Assembly: GCA_964016885.1 (NCBI GenBank)
Contig: OZ024747.1
Location: 6,448,001-6,512,000, forward strand
Direction: 5' to 3'
Source of the DNA: Eledone cirrhosa
Taxonomy: Eukaryota
Length of the DNA: 64,000 nucleotides
The notes under the pieces are model-generated. The model was given only the letters and a program-made list of their open reading frames with translations. It was not told the origin of the DNA and searched no databases. The translations under genes were made by a program, and so were the position numbers. Positions 1 through 13,482 of this stretch are shown here, piece by piece (the stretch's first letter is position 1; each line of letters begins with the position of its first letter).

Positions 1-280
1 AAGTCGTGGATAAGAAGCTATATCATTTATCTATTATTTCTTCATAAGTATATTTTAAACTTATAGCCTCGTTTAAATGATTTTTTTGTGTGGTTGATTT
101 ATACTGATTGGGAGAAGAAATACTGTATATATTTTATCTAATGATTCTATGGACTTACTTTTATATATTGCTATGATTATTAATTATTTAATTAATTCTT
201 CATTGAGACACACCGTGAATGGTTGCCAAAAACATATATATATATATATATGAGTTCGTCTAGTTTATATGTATATATAT

Positions 281-473
281 AAGTGGAAGCTTAGAAAAAT
301 CGAAGCTTTGGCTGTGGCCAAGCAAAGTCGATCTACAATAAGGAATGAGTTAGCAAAGCACTCAATAAGTCCTTAGAGTAATTACATACGTTTAAATAGC
401 TTGACAAATTGAAAATTGCGGTAGGCAAAACCCAACCACACAATACCAAAGTGACGAAAGAATTAATCAGGTT

Positions 474-478
<5 letters not shown>
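281..478. mobile_element. (TA)n-flanked dispersed repeat, family G copy 1
   Basis: Shares gaagct..., aagcactcaataag, ccttagagtaat.acatacgtt and tgacaaattgaaaa blocks with 1897-2137; bounded by TA runs. Confidence 0.6.
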
Positions 479-538
<60 letters not shown>

Positions 539-1006
539 TCATACACCCAAATATATATGTGCGTGGTTTGATTCCATGTGAGTGCACAGGCATGTGTTAA
601 TGGTAGTTTATACCTAAGAAGTGCTCTTCTAGATTTCAACGGTAATTACAAGTTCATATTTTTAAAATGAAGTGGGTACACACTTCTATGAGCCCTACAT
701 ACGACATACGACACTGGATACTTGTTATTTAGTCTGATGTAGTAAGGTCAGTCTTGATACGAAACTACTTAGCTTCTGGATGTAAATAGACATCGTTCAG
801 GTCACTGTAGTGTAATGTGAAACAGTGTCGTTTAGTACGGCAGATAGACGGTTCGATTCACGTTGTTCACTTTTTTGTAATCTCATATTATATATTATTA
901 AATATTAACCATTTACTTAAATATCTATCTAACTATCTATTTATCTCACTCTCTCCCACCCCCACCCACATTCGCTCTCTCCCACAAACCTTCCATCTTA
1001 ATTCCA

Positions 1007-1042
1007 CTTTTGAAAAGTATAAGAACTGTGAAACCGGTAAAG
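1007..1042 (+). ncRNA. Minimal hammerhead-like motif, U3-A8 variant (family F, decayed stem II)
   Basis: ctt-TTGAAAA-gtat-aagaa-ctgt-GAAA-ccgg-TA-aag; downstream flank homologous to the better-preserved copy at 39462-39497. Confidence 0.45.
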
Positions 1043-1166
1043 AAAACAAATAAATATTCTTAAAAAGACTCAGTTGCATTTTCGATTTCTTTTCCTTATG
1101 CTTTCACTCGTGTAGGACATCTCGTTTTTTTTTCATTAAAAAATCCTCATTTCTTATATATGTATA

Positions 1167-1259
<93 letters not shown>

Positions 1260-1301
1260 TTCTATTATTCTATTGTGTATTCCAGCCGACAGGCTGAGGC
1301 C

Positions 1302-1364
<63 letters not shown>

Positions 1365-1367
<3 letters not shown>

Positions 1368-1442
1368 GGTGTCCCCAAAATCTGTATACACACTTTGATT
1401 AGAATACTGTTGAAGTGTGTATGCATTATTGGAGGACACCTG
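1365..1442. mobile_element. Tiny Tc1/mariner-type MITE
   Basis: Ends cagggtgtcc ... ggacacctg followed by TA; inner inverted segments tgtatacacactt / aagtgtgtatgca. Confidence 0.6.
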
Positions 1443-1774
1443 TATATATATATATACATACAAAATGTTGTTATGAGAGAGTGACTCTTACAAAATTCTT
1501 TTATTATATATTATATAATTCAAAGACAAGATTATGCATTAGTTATATCATTGACAGTCTAACCATTGTATAACCTTGTCATTGGAATATTATATTGTGC
1601 AATAAAACTATTATGTAAGAGTAACCCTGTCATAACATTTCGTAAATGGAAACCCCGTCGCACCTAATCACCAACATTTAGCTGGGACATACTACTGACG
1701 TGGAGTGCTTTAAGATTGATTAAATCAGTGTATCCTCGCCGCGTTAAAACATGTCCTCCACGGATAGGCATTCT

Positions 1775-1851
<77 letters not shown>

Positions 1852-1854
1852 ATC

Positions 1855-1896
<42 letters not shown>

Positions 1897-1898
<2 letters not shown>

Positions 1899-2137
1899 GA
1901 TTGGAACGTTAGTAAATTCGAAGCTGTGGCGGTCGGCCAACATCTGCGAAAGAACAAATTCGGAGTTTGCACGAAGCACTCAATAAGAATGTATCGATAA
2001 ATCGATAGGTTACACCTTAGAGTAATAAACATACGTTAGATAGCGTGACAAATTGAAAACTGTGGTTTAGGGGACACAGCCGCAGAAGCCACCGCAACAA
2101 TGAAAGTACAATCACGTTAAATAACAGGTTAAATAAC
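1897..2137. mobile_element. (TA)n-flanked dispersed repeat, family G copy 2
   Basis: Diverged homologue of 281-478, bounded by TA runs. Confidence 0.6.
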
Positions 2138-2177
<40 letters not shown>

Positions 2178-2308
2178 GTAAAAGTTCTATTTAAATTGTT
2201 GAGATACAACAAGCAAATATTTTTATAACTGATATAAAGCACTCAACAACTAATTGGAGTAAAAATACGATATTAACAAATGGAAACTATATTTATAAAA
2301 CCATATTT

Positions 2309-2371
2309 ATTTCATTATACATATTTCAAGGACACCAAGTTAAATTATGGTGTGCTTTCATCAGATAAAAT
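2309..2371 (-). ncRNA. Minimal type I hammerhead motif (family B, left arm)
   Basis: Reverse complement of 2482-2544. Confidence 0.7.
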
Positions 2372-2481
2372 ATAATATAGAGCAGTTTTATAACTATTAT
2401 ACTATCCGTGAGCTTCCAACAGTAGTGGTTGCATTCTTTAAGGGTATGTCAATATTTATTTATAAAACTGCTCTATATTAT

Positions 2482-2544
2482 ATTTTATCTGATGAAAGCA
2501 CACCATAATTTAACTTGGTGTCCTTGAAATATGTATAATGAAAT
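2482..2544 (+). ncRNA. Minimal type I hammerhead motif (family B, right arm)
   Basis: attttat-CTGATGA-aagcacacca-taatttaact-tggtgtcctt-GAAA-t-atgt-a-TA-atgaaat: stem I, stem II, 2-bp stem III, AUA cleavage triplet. Confidence 0.75.
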
Positions 2545-2584
2545 AAATATGGTTTTATAAATATAGTTTCCATTTGTTAATATC

Positions 2585-2620
<36 letters not shown>

Positions 2621-2792
2621 GTAAACAAACCGGGAGGTTACATCTGTAGTAAGTTGTCCGCTCAGTCCAGTGGACAAGTTCCGTATAGAGTTAAGTCCAC
2701 AACAAATTAGCAAACCATACTCGAGGTATATATATAAAATAATTAAGTCAAATATGTAAAATTTGGCTTCGTTTATTATAAATTATAGATAT

Positions 2793-2847
2793 ACTGCTAT
2801 ATATATTTCGGTGACAGCCACCATTGGCTGTGACCTCTTCAGGCAGT
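2793..2847 (-). ncRNA. Minimal type I hammerhead motif (family A, left arm)
   Basis: Reverse complement of 3032-3086. Confidence 0.75.
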
Positions 2848-3031
2848 CCGAATTGGTGTGGGAAAGACAGGTACACATGTTGTTGAAGTGTGTTTTACTC
2901 CATCAATACATCGATACGTCCAGCTTCCTCAGAGAAATAACAACACAACCAGGAGCTGGACATATCGATGTATTGATGGAGTAAAACACACTTCAACAAC
3001 ATGTGTACCTGTCTTTCCCACACCAATTCGG

Positions 3032-3086
3032 ACTGCCTGAAGAGGTCACAGCCAATGGTGGCTGTCACCGAAATATATATAGCAGT
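3032..3086 (+). ncRNA. Minimal type I hammerhead motif (family A, right arm)
   Basis: actgc-CTGAAGA-ggtcacagcca-atgg-tggctgtcacc-GAAA-t-atat-a-TA-gcagt: all core nucleotides, perfect 5-bp stem I, palindromic AUAU loop III. Confidence 0.82.
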
Positions 3087-3215
3087 ATATCTAGAATTTA
3101 TAATAAACGAAGCCAAATTTTACATTACTCCGGAGTAAACAAACCAACCTAAGTACTTCGCGGAGTGCTCCAATCTGCATACTGGGGTGACGGTAAACAA
3201 CCAACATATACTCAA

Positions 3216-3250
<35 letters not shown>

Positions 3251-3259
3251 TTATATATG

Positions 3260-3334
<75 letters not shown>

Positions 3335-3896
3335 GTATATATATATGTATATATATATGTGTGTTCTATTAGTGATTTTAGTCATTTGACTGTTGCCATG
3401 CTGGAGCAGTTGGCTTATAGGACAGACTAAGATACCTTGATGGCAGTGCTACAGCTTGGCCGCATTCACATAATAACTAAAACCAGTAAAAAGAATATTT
3501 ACACTTATACACGTACGTAATACACTATAACAAACGGAAGTTAGTGCTGGTGTAATTGTAAACAGCTCAGGTCACCCTATTACTAAGAAATTCTATGGAG
3601 CTTTGAGGGTGGTGCTCACATTGTTGTTGTAATTGTTGTAATGTGTTGTTGTCGTCTGAGGTCTCAATGTAGAAATATTTACATAAAGCTCTTGAGGAAA
3701 AAAACGCAGCGCTATTAAGCTGATATTAATGCAACAATGTGGTGCCACACCCTGTTTGGTTACGTAACTAGGTACATGTAGTTCAATGTATATGAATACA
3801 CACGTACACATATACACAAGTGTGTATGTATGTGTATATATGTATGTATATATACATGTATATATATATATGTATGTGTGTATACATGTGTGAATA

Positions 3897-3943
<47 letters not shown>

Positions 3944-3968
3944 GTATATATGTATATACATATATATG

Positions 3969-4024
<56 letters not shown>

Positions 4025-4113
4025 TACATATATACATATATGTATATATATATGTATATATATATGTGTGTATATATGTAAATATGATGATTTCTCACGA
4101 ATGAAACAGTTCT

Positions 4114-4214
4114 AGTCCTGTAGAAGCCCTTCTATATTAAAACATTTATACTCTGCTATGTATTGAGTACCTTACTTACTGTGGTTACCTCCGATTCAAC
4201 CCGGAATAACTAAT

Positions 4215-4217
<3 letters not shown>
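4114..4217 (+). mobile_element. (TA)n-abutting repeat 3' end, family H
   Basis: Near-identical to the reverse complement of 38007-38092 (ctctgctatgtattgagtaccttacttactgtggttacctccgattcaacccggaataact). Confidence 0.7.
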
Positions 4218-4293
<76 letters not shown>

Positions 4294-4294
4294 A

Positions 4295-4583
4295 CAGGGG
4301 CCTCGTTTGCCTTAAAAATGTGAGGGGGACAAACCAACATTTGTTGATTCTTAAAGGAGCATAAATTACTTATGGTGCCTTTCCTGGACCCTATCACATA
4401 AGTAAAATTTAACGTTAATTAAATTTTATATATTCAAATGAAGTTCAGATATATAAAAAAATGAGCTTAAAAAGAATTTATTATATCAAATAAACAAAAA
4501 ATAAAATATATATGTTTTAAAAAGTGTGTGTGTGAGGGGGAGGGAGAGATTATCACCTAGTACCCCCTTGAAACAAGGCCCTC
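4295..4583. mobile_element. Non-autonomous DNA transposon / MITE
   Basis: Imperfect terminal inverted repeats caggggcctcgttt ... aaacaaggccctc. Confidence 0.45.
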
Positions 4584-4919
4584 ATATATATATTTATATA
4601 TATATAAGTATGTACACGTACATACATATATGTATACAGACGTACAGTAATGTGTATATATACATACATGCACACATATATATATATATACGTATGGATT
4701 CACCGAACAAGAGAGGGAAATGAAATTTTGTTTCATTTTTTCCGTTTATATATATATATATATATTTCGAAGTTGACGTGTATGTGTGTGACAGCTCACA
4801 CCTATGTGTATGTGTGTGACAGCTCACACCTATGTGTGTGTGTGTGACAGCTCACACCTATGAGGGTTTAGCTGGCCTCCTCCAATGTGTATCGCGTTGG
4901 AGGTGCCTTGGGTAGTTTA

Positions 4920-5092
4920 ATGATAGGGACCCCAGTCCTATCATCTCATTTCTACAGCTGAGTAAACTGGAGCAACATGAAATAAGGTGCCTTGCTCAAG
5001 GAAACAACACATCACCCGGTCCGAGTATTGAACTCACAACCTTTCGATTGCAAGCCCAATCAATGCTCTAACCACTAAGCCATGCGCCTTCA
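4920..5092 (-). mobile_element. tRNA-derived SINE family 2 (tail c)
   Basis: Minus strand has ggcgcatggcttagtggttagagc (A box), gagttcaatactc (B box) and ccttgagcaaggcacctt; tail shared with 14725-14846. Confidence 0.75.
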
Positions 5093-5494
5093 CGAAGTTG
5101 ACATGTGAGTTAATCTGAGACTGTTGTTGAACCTGAAACCAATACTTTACGCAAGAGAGCCATTTTAGAAATTTAAGAATACACATAAAACTCATCTTCT
5201 TTTCATTTATTGATGCGTTCAACCACAATTATTCATTGTTTAATTAATTATGTTGCCCAGTGAATGCACACCGTAATTATTTAAGCTATATTCCGTTGTG
5301 TAAAGTTGCATGTCTATATATAAAAAAAACGTTATGTGCATCTTCAAATCTTTATTGGGTTTGATATATTCGACTTTCCCTTCTTGGCATATAGTTGGCT
5401 TTGAACCAATGTTAGACAAATAATCACTTCACTTTACCTATATATCGTGATTTGCACAGAATTCCTTAATTTTCTAATGTCTCACAGTCCTCAC

Positions 5495-5596
<102 letters not shown>

Positions 5597-5793
5597 CCAC
5601 ACACACGCACACACACACACACACACACACGCACGCACACGCGCACACACACACACACACACGCACACACACGCACACACACACACACATACACACGCAC
5701 ATATACACACGCACACACACACACACACATACACCCATACACACACACACATATACACACGCACACACACACACACACACACACATACACACA

Positions 5794-5893
<100 letters not shown>

Positions 5894-6001
5894 AAAGAAA
5901 GAATCGTTTTCCGAATCAATAAGCAAATTTGAATTTGAAGCATGTTTCCTTCTAGTAAGTTAACATACTTTCAATATTTTAATATATATATATAGAGAGA
6001 G

Positions 6002-6258
6002 ATTTTGAGTTTATGTTGGTTGTATACCAACACCTCAGTATGCAGGCTGGAGCACTCGACGAAGTGCGCAGTAACCTGCGCACTTCGTCGAGTTTGGTTA
6101 CTCCGGAGTAGTGTAAAATAAAGTTAAATAAAAGTCAAATGATTAAAATTTAGCTTCGTTTATTACTGCTATATATATTTCAGTGACAGCTGTCACTGAA
6201 ATATACATAGCAGTAATAAACGAAGGTAAATTTTAATCATTTGACTTTTATTTAACTT

Positions 6259-6262
<4 letters not shown>
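6002..6262. mobile_element. Family A insert with two fold-backs
   Basis: Hairpin 6054-6093 (18-bp arms) and palindrome 6117-6262 centred at 6189/6190 inside hammerhead stem II (gacag|ctgtcactGAAA). Confidence 0.8.
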
Positions 6263-6313
<51 letters not shown>

Positions 6314-6351
6314 GATAATTTGTATTTGTGTTTGTATTTGTATTTGTAGTT

Positions 6352-6395
<44 letters not shown>

Positions 6396-6447
6396 TATAT
6401 ATATGTGTGCGTGTGTGTGCGTGTGTGTGTGTGTGTGCGTGTGTGTG

Positions 6448-6480
<33 letters not shown>

Positions 6481-6647
6481 GTGTGTGTGTGCGCGTGTGT
6501 ATATGTGTGTGTGTGTGTGCGCGTGTGTGTATGTGTGTGTGTGTGTGTGTGTGCGTGTGTATATGTGTGTGTGTGTATGGGTGTATGTGTGTGTGTGTGT
6601 GTGTGCGTGTGTATATGTGCGTGTGTATATGTGTGTGTGTGTGCGTG

Positions 6648-6685
<38 letters not shown>

Positions 6686-7359
6686 TGTGTGTGTGTGTGA
6701 ATGTGTGTGTGTGTGTGTGTACGGGGGAAACAGTGAGAGGTGTATATATATACAAGATAGAATGTATGCTAAGGTATGTAGAATAACAGGTAGATAGGCT
6801 CCGGTGTAATGTGATCGGTTTGAAAGAAATCTGTAAAAGTGGTGTAATTGAGCGGTAAATAAATGTGTTACAGAGGTGTGTTATGTCAGATGATAGGGAG
6901 ATGAAGGCACGAGACAAACGTCTTATCTGTGATCTCGTCACAGGCGTGAATGTCACGTTATCGATACAATAGCTGAGTGGACACACGTAAAGAGAGCAAT
7001 TCATAAGTAAACTTACAGAAATTAGATTAATCTCTAGTGTGTACATGCGCCTGCTTTTGTAGATATATTAATATGAATGTATGTATGTATTGCTTGTGTG
7101 CGTATATATATATAGAGAGATAGGTAAATATACACGGGTGTGTATGATTGTGTATAGAAGATTATATTAATAAGAGGAATTCCAACTTTGTCTGATTTAC
7201 TCGTTTTATTTACAATCCTTTAAAATATATATAATGGTATTATAATGAAGTAGTATGATAGAATATTAAATTCTAAGTGTTAATTGAACAAGTACTTTCA
7301 TGCTTTCGCAATCTTCAGGTTCATAATATGTGGTTACAGTCAAGTTTGCAATTTTCAAC

Positions 7360-7424
<65 letters not shown>

Positions 7425-7458
7425 AATAACAGAGAGAGAGAGAGAGAGCGAGAGCGAG

Positions 7459-7505
<47 letters not shown>

Positions 7506-7520
7506 AAGAGAGAGCGAGAG

Positions 7521-7660
7521 ATGAAAAGATTCAGGACCCCGACGGCTGAGCTCCGGCCTTTCGACAGCTAGATCTAGCTGTCGAAACGGCCGGAGCTCGG
7601 GCGTCTGAGTGCTGAATCTTTTCATATTACCCACTCTACTACCCCGAGTTTCATAGATAC
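7521..7660. mobile_element. Fold-back insert, family D'
   Basis: Imperfect palindrome 7521-7625 centred on agctagatctagct; homologous to 18030-18095 and 15281-15303. Confidence 0.7.
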
Positions 7661-7888
7661 GCCTAAATCGTCAAACACTTTGTCCCGTTGAAGTTCCTTG
7701 CAGATATGTCTATGAAATGAATGTTAATTTAGACGTATCTATGAAACGTACGTTAATTTCAAGAAGAGTCTGTTCGGTTGGTAAAATGACTTGAACATTT
7801 CTCGTCGTAAGCGACTGAGCCAACAAATGAACCCTCTTCTTAGATGTCCGATCTGAAATCATGTTAATCGCAATAGAGTTTAAGCATA

Positions 7889-8080
7889 TAATTGTTTCTA
7901 CTTTTGGCACAAGGTCAGCAATTTTCCCAGAGCGTTACTGGTACTTTATTTTATCGACCCAGTAAGGATGAAATGCAAAGTTAACCTCGGCGGGATTTGA
8001 CCTCAGAACGTAAAGGGCCTTAACTCTATGCTGTAAAGCATGGTGTCTGACGCTCTACCGATACTGCCAATTCACCGCCC
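7889..8080 (-). mobile_element. tRNA-derived SINE family 1
   Basis: Matches window consensus tggcagtatcggtagag...gagttcaaatcccgccgaggttaactttgcctttcatccttacggggtcgataaaataaagtaccagt...ccttgtgccaaaagtagaaacaatta. Confidence 0.85.
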
Positions 8081-8193
8081 CTAACAGTTTTGTCATCGCT
8101 GTATGAGTTATCAGTATATAAACACTTATCTTATTTATTCTCATTTTGTATTTCTCACTTATCTATTTACACATAAAACAAACACAAACACAC

Positions 8194-8239
<46 letters not shown>

Positions 8240-8260
8240 CTATGTGTGTGTGTATGTGTG

Positions 8261-8343
<83 letters not shown>

Positions 8344-8483
8344 AGTTAAGACTACTAAAACAATTACTCAAATTAGTGTTTAGCTATTATAAGATAGGGT
8401 GCCTAGCGGTGAAGCTTAAACAGTTTACCATCGAAAGAGTTTAAGCTGGACTGTTGATCATCCTATACTTGGAATTCCTTTTA

Positions 8484-8538
<55 letters not shown>

Positions 8539-8659
8539 ACATCCATTTAAAATAAATTTTCATTCTGACGAGCGAAATCAGACGTCTGTGTCAGGCTCGT
8601 CTGTCTTCGTGACACCTTTGGAAATATATAAGTTTAACGCTTGATATAGTAGGAAAAGA

Positions 8660-8697
8660 ATCTTTACGTTTCGGACACTAGTTCTTCATCAGAAAAT
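8660..8697 (-). ncRNA. Ultra-minimal hammerhead-like motif (family E)
   Basis: atttt-CTGATGA-A-gaac-tagt-gtcc-GAAA-cg-TA-aagat; homologous copy at 53925-53962. Confidence 0.4.
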
Positions 8698-8805
8698 AAA
8701 ATGAGAAATAAAAGATGAAATAGAAAGATATAGAGTGAGAAAAGGAAGGAACGGAGAAACAACTTTTGAGATAAAGCACGTGTATTCGGCCATTTTGTGG
8801 AAATA

Positions 8806-8835
<30 letters not shown>

Positions 8836-8840
<5 letters not shown>

Positions 8841-9048
8841 CAGTCGATCTACTTTCATCAAATCGGACCGAGGAAACAATGTTTCCATTGGTCTTTCCAA
8901 TTGCTAATACTATCTATCGGTCGCAACTCCAGGTAAAAGAAGCAACATGAAATAAAGTGTCTAGTTCAAGGACATAACGCATCAACCGGTCCGGGAATCG
9001 AACTCACAACCTCACAATTGCGAATCTAATTCTCTAACCACTCAGCCC
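8836..9048 (-). mobile_element. SINE family 2 (tail b)
   Basis: tRNA-like head and ccttgaactagacactt domain; tail matches 43345-43465. Confidence 0.75.
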
Positions 9049-9470
9049 CATATATATACATATTTATCATATTTATCACATATATAGATATTTATCATAT
9101 TTATCATATATATATTCATATTTATCATATTTATTATAGTTATCATATTTATACATATACTCTTTATCAAATAATTAATTTTTCATCTCTCTATATTATG
9201 TTGTGTTATGTATGTTTATTATAATATCTATTTCAACAATTAAACGCAAGCTATCTGTACTTCACACACCAATGTACAAACTAATACACTATCCATTTCT
9301 CTTTATGAATGTAAATAATATAGAATACCTAATTATAATGATTCCCTCCCATAACTGTTCTTATGTAATTGTTTATTTTCATTCTTATCATATTTGATGT
9401 AAATCCACACCGTTTTTTTATTTGTCTGTAATGTTAACCTCTAGGCGCCCTTGTAGCAATATATGGTGGA

Positions 9471-9812
9471 GAGGCGCGTGTGTCTTGGTGGTTAGAGTGT
9501 TCAGCTTGTGGTCGTAAAGTTGTGAGTTCGATTCCTGTACCAATTGGTGCGTTATGTTCTTAAACAAGACACTTTCTTTTTCTTTTTTTAACATTGCTCT
9601 GGTCTACTCGGCTAGAAAAAAAAATGAATTGTAGCTGTGATTCAAAGATCCAAGCATGTCACACAGTGGGTCACTCCGAATCTCCCTGAGAACTACGTTA
9701 AATGTACACGTGTCTCTGAAATACTGATGTACTTGTACGTTAATTTCACGAACAAACTGTTCCGTTGTTCGAACAACTGGTACAATCGTCGTCGAAATTG
9801 ACGGAAGTCCAT
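9471..9812 (+). mobile_element. SINE family 2, full length (tail a)
   Basis: aggcgcgtg...ggtggttagag, gagttcgattcct, caagacactt, tctccctgagaactacgttaa...cgtcgtcg. Confidence 0.8.
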
Positions 9813-10134
9813 TCAATTCCACACCGTTTTGTTATGTGTAATGTGAACTCTCAGACGCCTTTGTAGCAACATAGCAATAAAAGAAATTTAATCGACTAAC
9901 ACGCTAAAGTTTCTGGCTTTGTGCCTATGTAAAAACTTAATCTGCCAGGTTTAATACCCTAGACACACAGTATGTCATGATGGCGTCCCTACGTCTCCAT
10001 GGTGTGTTCACGTCCGATGGATAGATAGATAAGAGGCCGGTATTTGATTCTCCAGACTTATATAGTAAAGATCATAGATATATGTAATCTAAACGGGTTC
10101 TACTTTAGTGGGTGGCTCTACCGCAGTATCCACA

Positions 10135-11070
10135 GTCTCAGCTATGTAATGACCTATATACTTCACCGAGACCTCAGCTATGTAATGACCTATATACTTC
10201 ACCGAGACCTCAGCTATGTAATGACCTATATACTTCACCGAGACCTCAGCTATGTAATGACCTATATACTTCACCGAGACCTCAGCTATGTAATGACCTA
10301 TATACTTCACCGAGACCTCAGCTAGTAATGACCTATATACTTCACCGAGACCTCAGCTATGTAATGACCTATATACTTCACCGAGACCTCAGCTATGTAA
10401 TGACCTATATACTTCACCGAGACCTCAGCTATGTAATGACCTATATACTTCACCGAGACCTCAGCTATGTAATGACTTAACTATCTACCGAGACCTCAGC
10501 TATGTAATGACCTATATACTTCACCGAGACCTCAGCAATGTAATGACTTAACTATCTACCGTGACCTCAGCTATGTAATGACTTAACTATCTACCGTGAC
10601 CGCAGCTATGTAATGACTTAACTATCTACTGCGACCTCAGCTATCTAATAACCTAACCACTTCACCGAGACCTCAGCTATGAAATGACTTAACTTATCTA
10701 CCGTGACTTCAGCTACGTAATAACATGACTTCTCTACTGTGACCTCAGCTGTGTAACGACCTGACCTGCATACCGTGAGCTCAGCTGTGTAATAACTTAA
10801 TTTGTCTACCGTGACCTCAGCTATGTAATGACCTGACCTGTCTACTGTGACCTCAGCTGTGTGGTGACCTGACCTGCCTACCGTGACCTCAGCTATGAAA
10901 TGACCTGACCTGTCTATAGTGACATCAGCTGTGTAATGACTTGACCACTTCACTGTGACCTGAGTTATGTAATGACCTGACTTGTCTATCATGACCTCAG
11001 CTGTGTGATGACCTGACCTTCTACGGTGACCTCAGGTGTGTAACGACGTGATCTGTCTACCGAGACATCA
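10135..11070. repeat. 36-bp minisatellite, about 26 units
   Basis: Unit ctcagctatgtaatgacctatatacttcaccgagac; homogeneous on the left, divergent on the right. Confidence 0.95.
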
Positions 11071-11230
11071 ATATATAATATAGCCATCAACCAAAGTCTA
11101 CATCAATAATATCCTGTCTATAAAAGAGCAATCAACGAACAACATCAGTATTCAACTTGTTTTTTTCATCCTGCAGTATAAAGTGTTTGTAGTTGAGGTA
11201 GAAAGCATGCTGAATTATAAATAATTAGAC

Positions 11231-11725
11231 AGACCACACATTAAACTGCTAATGACCAGGTATACCGCACATTAAACTGCTAATGACCAGGTAGACCGCA
11301 CATTAAACAGCTAATGACCAGGTAGACCACACATTAAACTGCTAATGACCAGGTAGACCACACATTAAACTGCTAATGACCAGGTAGACCACACATTAAA
11401 CTGCTAATGACCAGGTAGACCACACATTAAACTGCTAATGACCAGGTAGACCGCACATTAAACTGCTAATGACCAGGTAGACCGCACATTAAACTGCTAA
11501 TGACCAGGTAGACCGCACATTAAACTGCTAATGACCAGGTAGACCGCACATTAAACTGCTAATGACCAGGTAGACCGCACATTAAACTGCTAATGACCAG
11601 GTAGACCACACATTAAACTGCTAATGACCAGGTAGACCGCACATTAAACTGCTAATGACCAGGTAGACAGCACATTAAACTGCTAATGACCAGGTAGACC
11701 GCACATTAAACTGCTAATGACCGCA
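11231..11725. repeat. 31-bp minisatellite, about 16 units
   Basis: Unit agacc(a/g)cacattaaactgctaatgaccaggt. Confidence 0.95.
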
Positions 11726-11865
11726 CGTAAGGTAGACCGCACGTTAATATATATATCATATATCTAAAGTTCAGTAGTTTCAAACTACACATGAATAATC
11801 TACAATAAAATACTTTACAAAACAGCTCGAATTTCGGAAGTCGAACAGAGTATTAAACATTATAA

Positions 11866-12377
11866 CGATCTGAGTTCAAATCCCGCCGAGGTTGACTTTG
11901 CCTTTCATCCTTACAGGGTCGATAAAATAAAGTACCAGTGATGCACTGGGTAATTGCTGGCCTTGTGCCAAAAAGTAGAAACAATTATTACAATAGATGG
12001 TGGATTGGCAGTATCGGTAGAGAGTCGGATACCATGCTTTGCAACATAGAGTTATGGCCCTTTACGGTTTGAGTTCAAATCCCAGCGAGGTTAACTTTGC
12101 CTTTCATCCTTACGGGGTTGATAAAATAAAGTACCAGTAATGTACTGGGTATTTGCTGGCCTTGTGCCTAAAATAGAAACAATTATTACAGCTGCCAGTC
12201 TCGGTAGAGTGTCGGACGCCATGCTTTGCAGCATAGTCTTACGGGTCTTTATTATCTGAGTTCAAATCCCGTCGAAGTTAACTTTGCCTTTCATCCTTAC
12301 GGGGTCGATAAAATAAAGTACCAGTAATGCACTGGGGTGATTGATGGCCTTGTACCAAAAGCAGAAACAATTATTAC
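11866..12377 (+). mobile_element. Three head-to-tail SINE family 1 copies
   Basis: gagttcaaatccc...gaaacaattattac repeated at about 11866-11990, 11999-12189 and 12199-12377. Confidence 0.9.
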
Positions 12378-12714
12378 AGCAGATGACCCACTGTCTCGCT
12401 ACTTAGAGGTTCATTTCTTTGTCATATGAACAATCTACTATAAAATACATTACAAAAATGCTCGGTTTTCCAAAACCAATAGTTAAACAGGATGCTCAAC
12501 AATAGTAGAGTAGATGAGATTTATTTGTAAAAAAAAAAGGGACCCACTCCGTCTTTGTCACATAAACTATCACACAAAGGGAATGGGGACAGAATAATTC
12601 AGCGGCTCTTTTTCTTCTCTTTATGTTTCTATATATATATATATATAATAGAAAACGAAAAATCAGTGATGCATCTAAACTTAATTTATTGTGTCTTACA
12701 AATATATATATATT

Positions 12715-13310
12715 GTAATAATAATAAATTTGAAGACTAAAATCGAAAGAGGGCTCGATAAGGATAAATATATATCAAATATATAAGAACCGTAGAGCAA
12801 ATATTTATTAAGATAACAGATTAAAGTTTAAGCAAAGAATCGCTGCTTTAACCCTTAACGGGATCTTCTGAAACTAAAAAAGTCAATCTGTGAACGCAGA
12901 AGTAAATATTTCAAAAAACGTTGCAACCGAAGGTAGACAGGAAGACGATACTTTGGTTCGTGGAAACGTTTCCTGACAAAGAACGGAAAAAAACGAAGAT
13001 AATACGTCATTATTTGGAGCGGTGAAAACAATTACACGCAAAGACAAAACCAGGTTTATGGTATAAATGAAGTAGTAGACTAAAATTCTATTAGGTGGTT
13101 CATGGAGACGTTCTCTGGCAATGAACGGAAATAATATGTCATTATGTGGAGCGATGAGAACAATTACACGCAAAGACAAAACCACGTAAATGGTATAACT
13201 GAATTCGTAGACTAATATTCTATTTAGGAAACCGAATGATTCTCGGCTTCAGAGTTAAGAATAAAGTAAATAAAATACAGAGGTAATTGAAACTTTAATT
13301 TGTTATTTTA
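12715..13310. mobile_element. (TA)n-flanked dispersed repeat, family I (longest copy)
   Basis: Segments recur at 35966-36073, 37785-37925 and 51952-52125; internal roughly 130-bp tandem duplication around caattacacgcaaagacaaaacca. Confidence 0.75.
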
Positions 13311-13401
13311 ATAAATATATATATATATATATATACATATACACACACATATATATATATATATATATACTCATATATATTATATATATTATATACTCAT
13401 A

Positions 13402-13477
<76 letters not shown>

Positions 13478-13482
<5 letters not shown>

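Larger units (their letters stand above)
2180..2588. mobile_element. Fold-back (TA)n insert, family B (putative Penelope-like pLTR remnant)
   Basis: 129-bp inverted arms 2265-2393 and 2460-2588 with a 66-bp spacer; homologous to 40450-40725 and 63786-64000. Confidence 0.8.
2618..3220. mobile_element. Fold-back (TA)n insert, family A (putative Penelope-like pLTR remnant)
   Basis: Inverted arms about 2754-2929 and 2951-3125 with two substitutions; right side continues into a 3' tail shared with 6002-6116. Confidence 0.8.

Noticed and set aside
7580-7596. GAAAC-GGCC-G in family D/D' as a hammerhead 3' half
   Set aside because: Lacks the invariant U16.1 and no CUGANGA is present in any copy here; unresolved without a longer copy.
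8565-8578. ctgacgagcgaaa
   Set aside because: No room for stem II between the two core motifs.
9471-9545. tRNA genes at A/B-box motifs
   Set aside because: They are SINE heads without a complete cloverleaf.
10135-11725. Regular 31-36 bp repeats resembling a CRISPR array (also 55709 and 61209)
   Set aside because: Units are contiguous with no unique spacers, there are no cas genes, and the context is eukaryotic.
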